DNA from: Ilumatobacteraceae bacterium
GTDB lineage: Bacteria; Actinomycetota; Acidimicrobiia; Acidimicrobiales; Ilumatobacteraceae
DNA: 64,000 nucleotides
Assembly (NCBI GenBank): GCA_040006755.1
Contig: JBDTWJ010000001.1
Span: 1,041-65,040 of the forward strand
Reading direction: 5' to 3'
This document shows positions 62,953 through 64,000 of the stretch, one piece after another. Positions within the stretch are counted from its first letter, which is position 1; each line of letters begins with the position of its first letter. Position numbers and translations under genes: made by a program. Under the pieces are notes generated by a model. That model searched no databases. It was not told the origin of the DNA and saw nothing but the letters and a program-made list of their open reading frames with translations.

Positions 62953-64000
62953 ATGTTCGACCCTCTCGATCCCAGTCCCCCCAATCCCAGTGCTACGGAC
63001 CACGGCGATCATCGCTCGTGGCCCGCGCCAGCCAGCTCGCCCCCCGTTCGCGAGTTCGCTGCACACGTCCCGCGCACCCCGTCCAAACGCCGGCATCTCG
63101 CGCTCGCCGCGCTCGTCGTCGCGACGATCGGCGCGGGTACAGCGGGCGGCGCTATCGCCGGCAGGAACGCTCAACCGAGCGCAGCGACGGCGACAGCCGC
63201 CGGTGGCTTCAACACGACGTCGGCCACCACCCCGTCAGTCGCGGTCAAGGACGACGTCTCGTCGTTGATCAGCTCGACCCTGCCCGGTGTGGTCAGCATC
63301 AGTGTCGAGTTGAACGGCGTCAAAGGCGCCGGCACCGGGTTCGTGATCAGCAGCGACGGAGAGATCGCCACCAATGCCCACGTCGTCGCCGATGCCACGA
63401 ACATCGAGGTCAAGTTCTACGATGGGTCGACCGCCGCCGCAAAGGTGCTCGGCGTCGACCGCACCGACGACTTGGCAGTGGTGAAGGTGGACAAGGCTGG
63501 GCTCACGGCGCTTCCGCTTGGCAAGTCGGCCGACCTGCGGATCGGCGAACCCGTGGTCGCGATCGGCAATGCGCTGGACTTGACCGGCGGCCCCACGGCG
63601 ACTGAAGGCATCGTGTCCGCGCTCGACCGAACCATCGACACCGCCGACGGCGAACACCTGGCACACCTCGTGCAGACCGATGCCGCGATCAACCCCGGCA
63701 ACTCCGGAGGCCCCCTGCTGACGCTCGACGGCACGGTGGTGGGCATCAACTCCGCAGGATCGCAGGCCGCGCAGAACATCGGGTTCGCGATCGCGATCGA
63801 CACGGCACAGCCGATCATTGAGCAACTGCAACAGGGCAAGACGGTCACCAAGGCTTACCTCGGCGTGTCGACAGAGGTCGTCGACGCGACGGTCGCTGCT
63901 CGCAGTGGGCTCGGCATCGATCACGGACTGCTCATCGCCGACGTCGCCGGTCAATCAGCGGCCTCAGCTGCCGGCCTACAACCGGGCGATGTGATCGTCT
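62953..64000 (+). CDS. HtrA-like trypsin-family serine protease with PDZ domain (3' end beyond the window)
   Basis: Not in the ORF track because it has no stop in the window. My translation from ATG 62953 gives a TM anchor (HLALAALVVATIGAG), the catalytic triad contexts TNAHVV, DDLAVVKV and GNSGGPL, and then the start of a PDZ domain (GLLIADV..SAASAAGLQPGDVIV). Confidence 0.85.
   Translation, partial: MFDPLDPSPPNPSATDHGDHRSWPAPASSPPVREFAAHVPRTPSKRRHLALAALVVATIGAGTAGGAIAGRNAQPSAATATAAGGFNTTSATTPSVAVKDDVSSLISSTLPGVVSISVELNGVKGAGTGFVISSDGEIATNAHVVADATNIEVKFYDGSTAAAKVLGVDRTDDLAVVKVDKAGLTALPLGKSADLRIGEPVVAIGNALDLTGGPTATEGIVSALDRTIDTADGEHLAHLVQTDAAINPGNSGGPLLTLDGTVVGINSAGSQAAQNIGFAIAIDTAQPIIEQLQQGKTVTKAYLGVSTEVVDATVAARSGLGIDHGLLIADVAGQSAASAAGLQPGDVIV

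Noticed and set aside
62834-63605. ORF-track entries 62834-63268(+) and 62919-63605(+), and minus-strand ORFs over the last 1 kb.
   Set aside because: The third plus-strand frame from ATG 62953 gives a textbook HtrA protease (His/Asp/Ser triad, PDZ). It is missing from the track only because it has no stop before the window end. The listed ORFs are Arg-rich alternative frames.

Overview
High-G+C, very gene-dense chromosomal segment. A mycothione-reductase-like gene, mycofactocin-type genes and ECF sigma factors suggest Actinomycetota. I support about 63 protein-coding genes. I saw no rRNA, tRNA, CRISPR array, transposase, integrase or prophage genes. Read left to right, the window contains: (1) purE-purK, DedA, a DUF3291-GNAT fusion, then a tightly coupled etfA-fixC-fixX-etfB-mftE-mftF string. 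(2) Housekeeping and accessory genes (DUF4395, an alanine-racemase-like enzyme, DUF418, a Zn peptidase, a ROK kinase, a 2OG oxygenase). (3) An ECF sigma/anti-sigma pair, ung and yihY. (4) A LacI-controlled sugar ABC transporter with two kinases. (5) An exported protein plus a response regulator and histidine kinase. (6) mtr, a gamma-butyrobetaine-hydroxylase-like dioxygenase and a Cys-rich protein. (7) A cell-envelope polysaccharide block (LytR_C, BY-kinase, histidine phosphatase, DUF4012, fcl). (8) A large LuxR (LAL-type) regulator with DUF4242 and an exported His-rich protein. (9) A small accessory patch (gene remnant, DUF1810, GNAT, methyltransferase, PPOX, orphan ORC-like ATPase, extradiol dioxygenase). 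(10) A second ECF sigma pair. (11) A histidine-utilisation operon hutH-hutU-def-hutF-hutI. (12) An orphan Mo-hydroxylase large subunit, nei, a decayed region, a PPOX/FAD-monooxygenase/DUF3500 operon, a TPP enzyme and a 3'-truncated htrA-like protease. The most interesting observations are these. The mycofactocin tail genes mftE/mftF are fused to an ETF/FixCX module, with no mftABCD in the window. An intact peptide deformylase paralogue sits inside a hutF-type hut operon that lacks hutG. A 43-nt sequence-conserved palindromic repeat occurs in three copies, one of which supplies the hutU stop codon and can alternatively pair with the def start codon. Both ECF sigma genes share an AAAC-N17-CGTGT motif placed for leaderless transcription. 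All functional calls rest on motifs I recognise by eye in the supplied translations. No database search or computation was run, so start codons and family names need HMM/BLAST confirmation.
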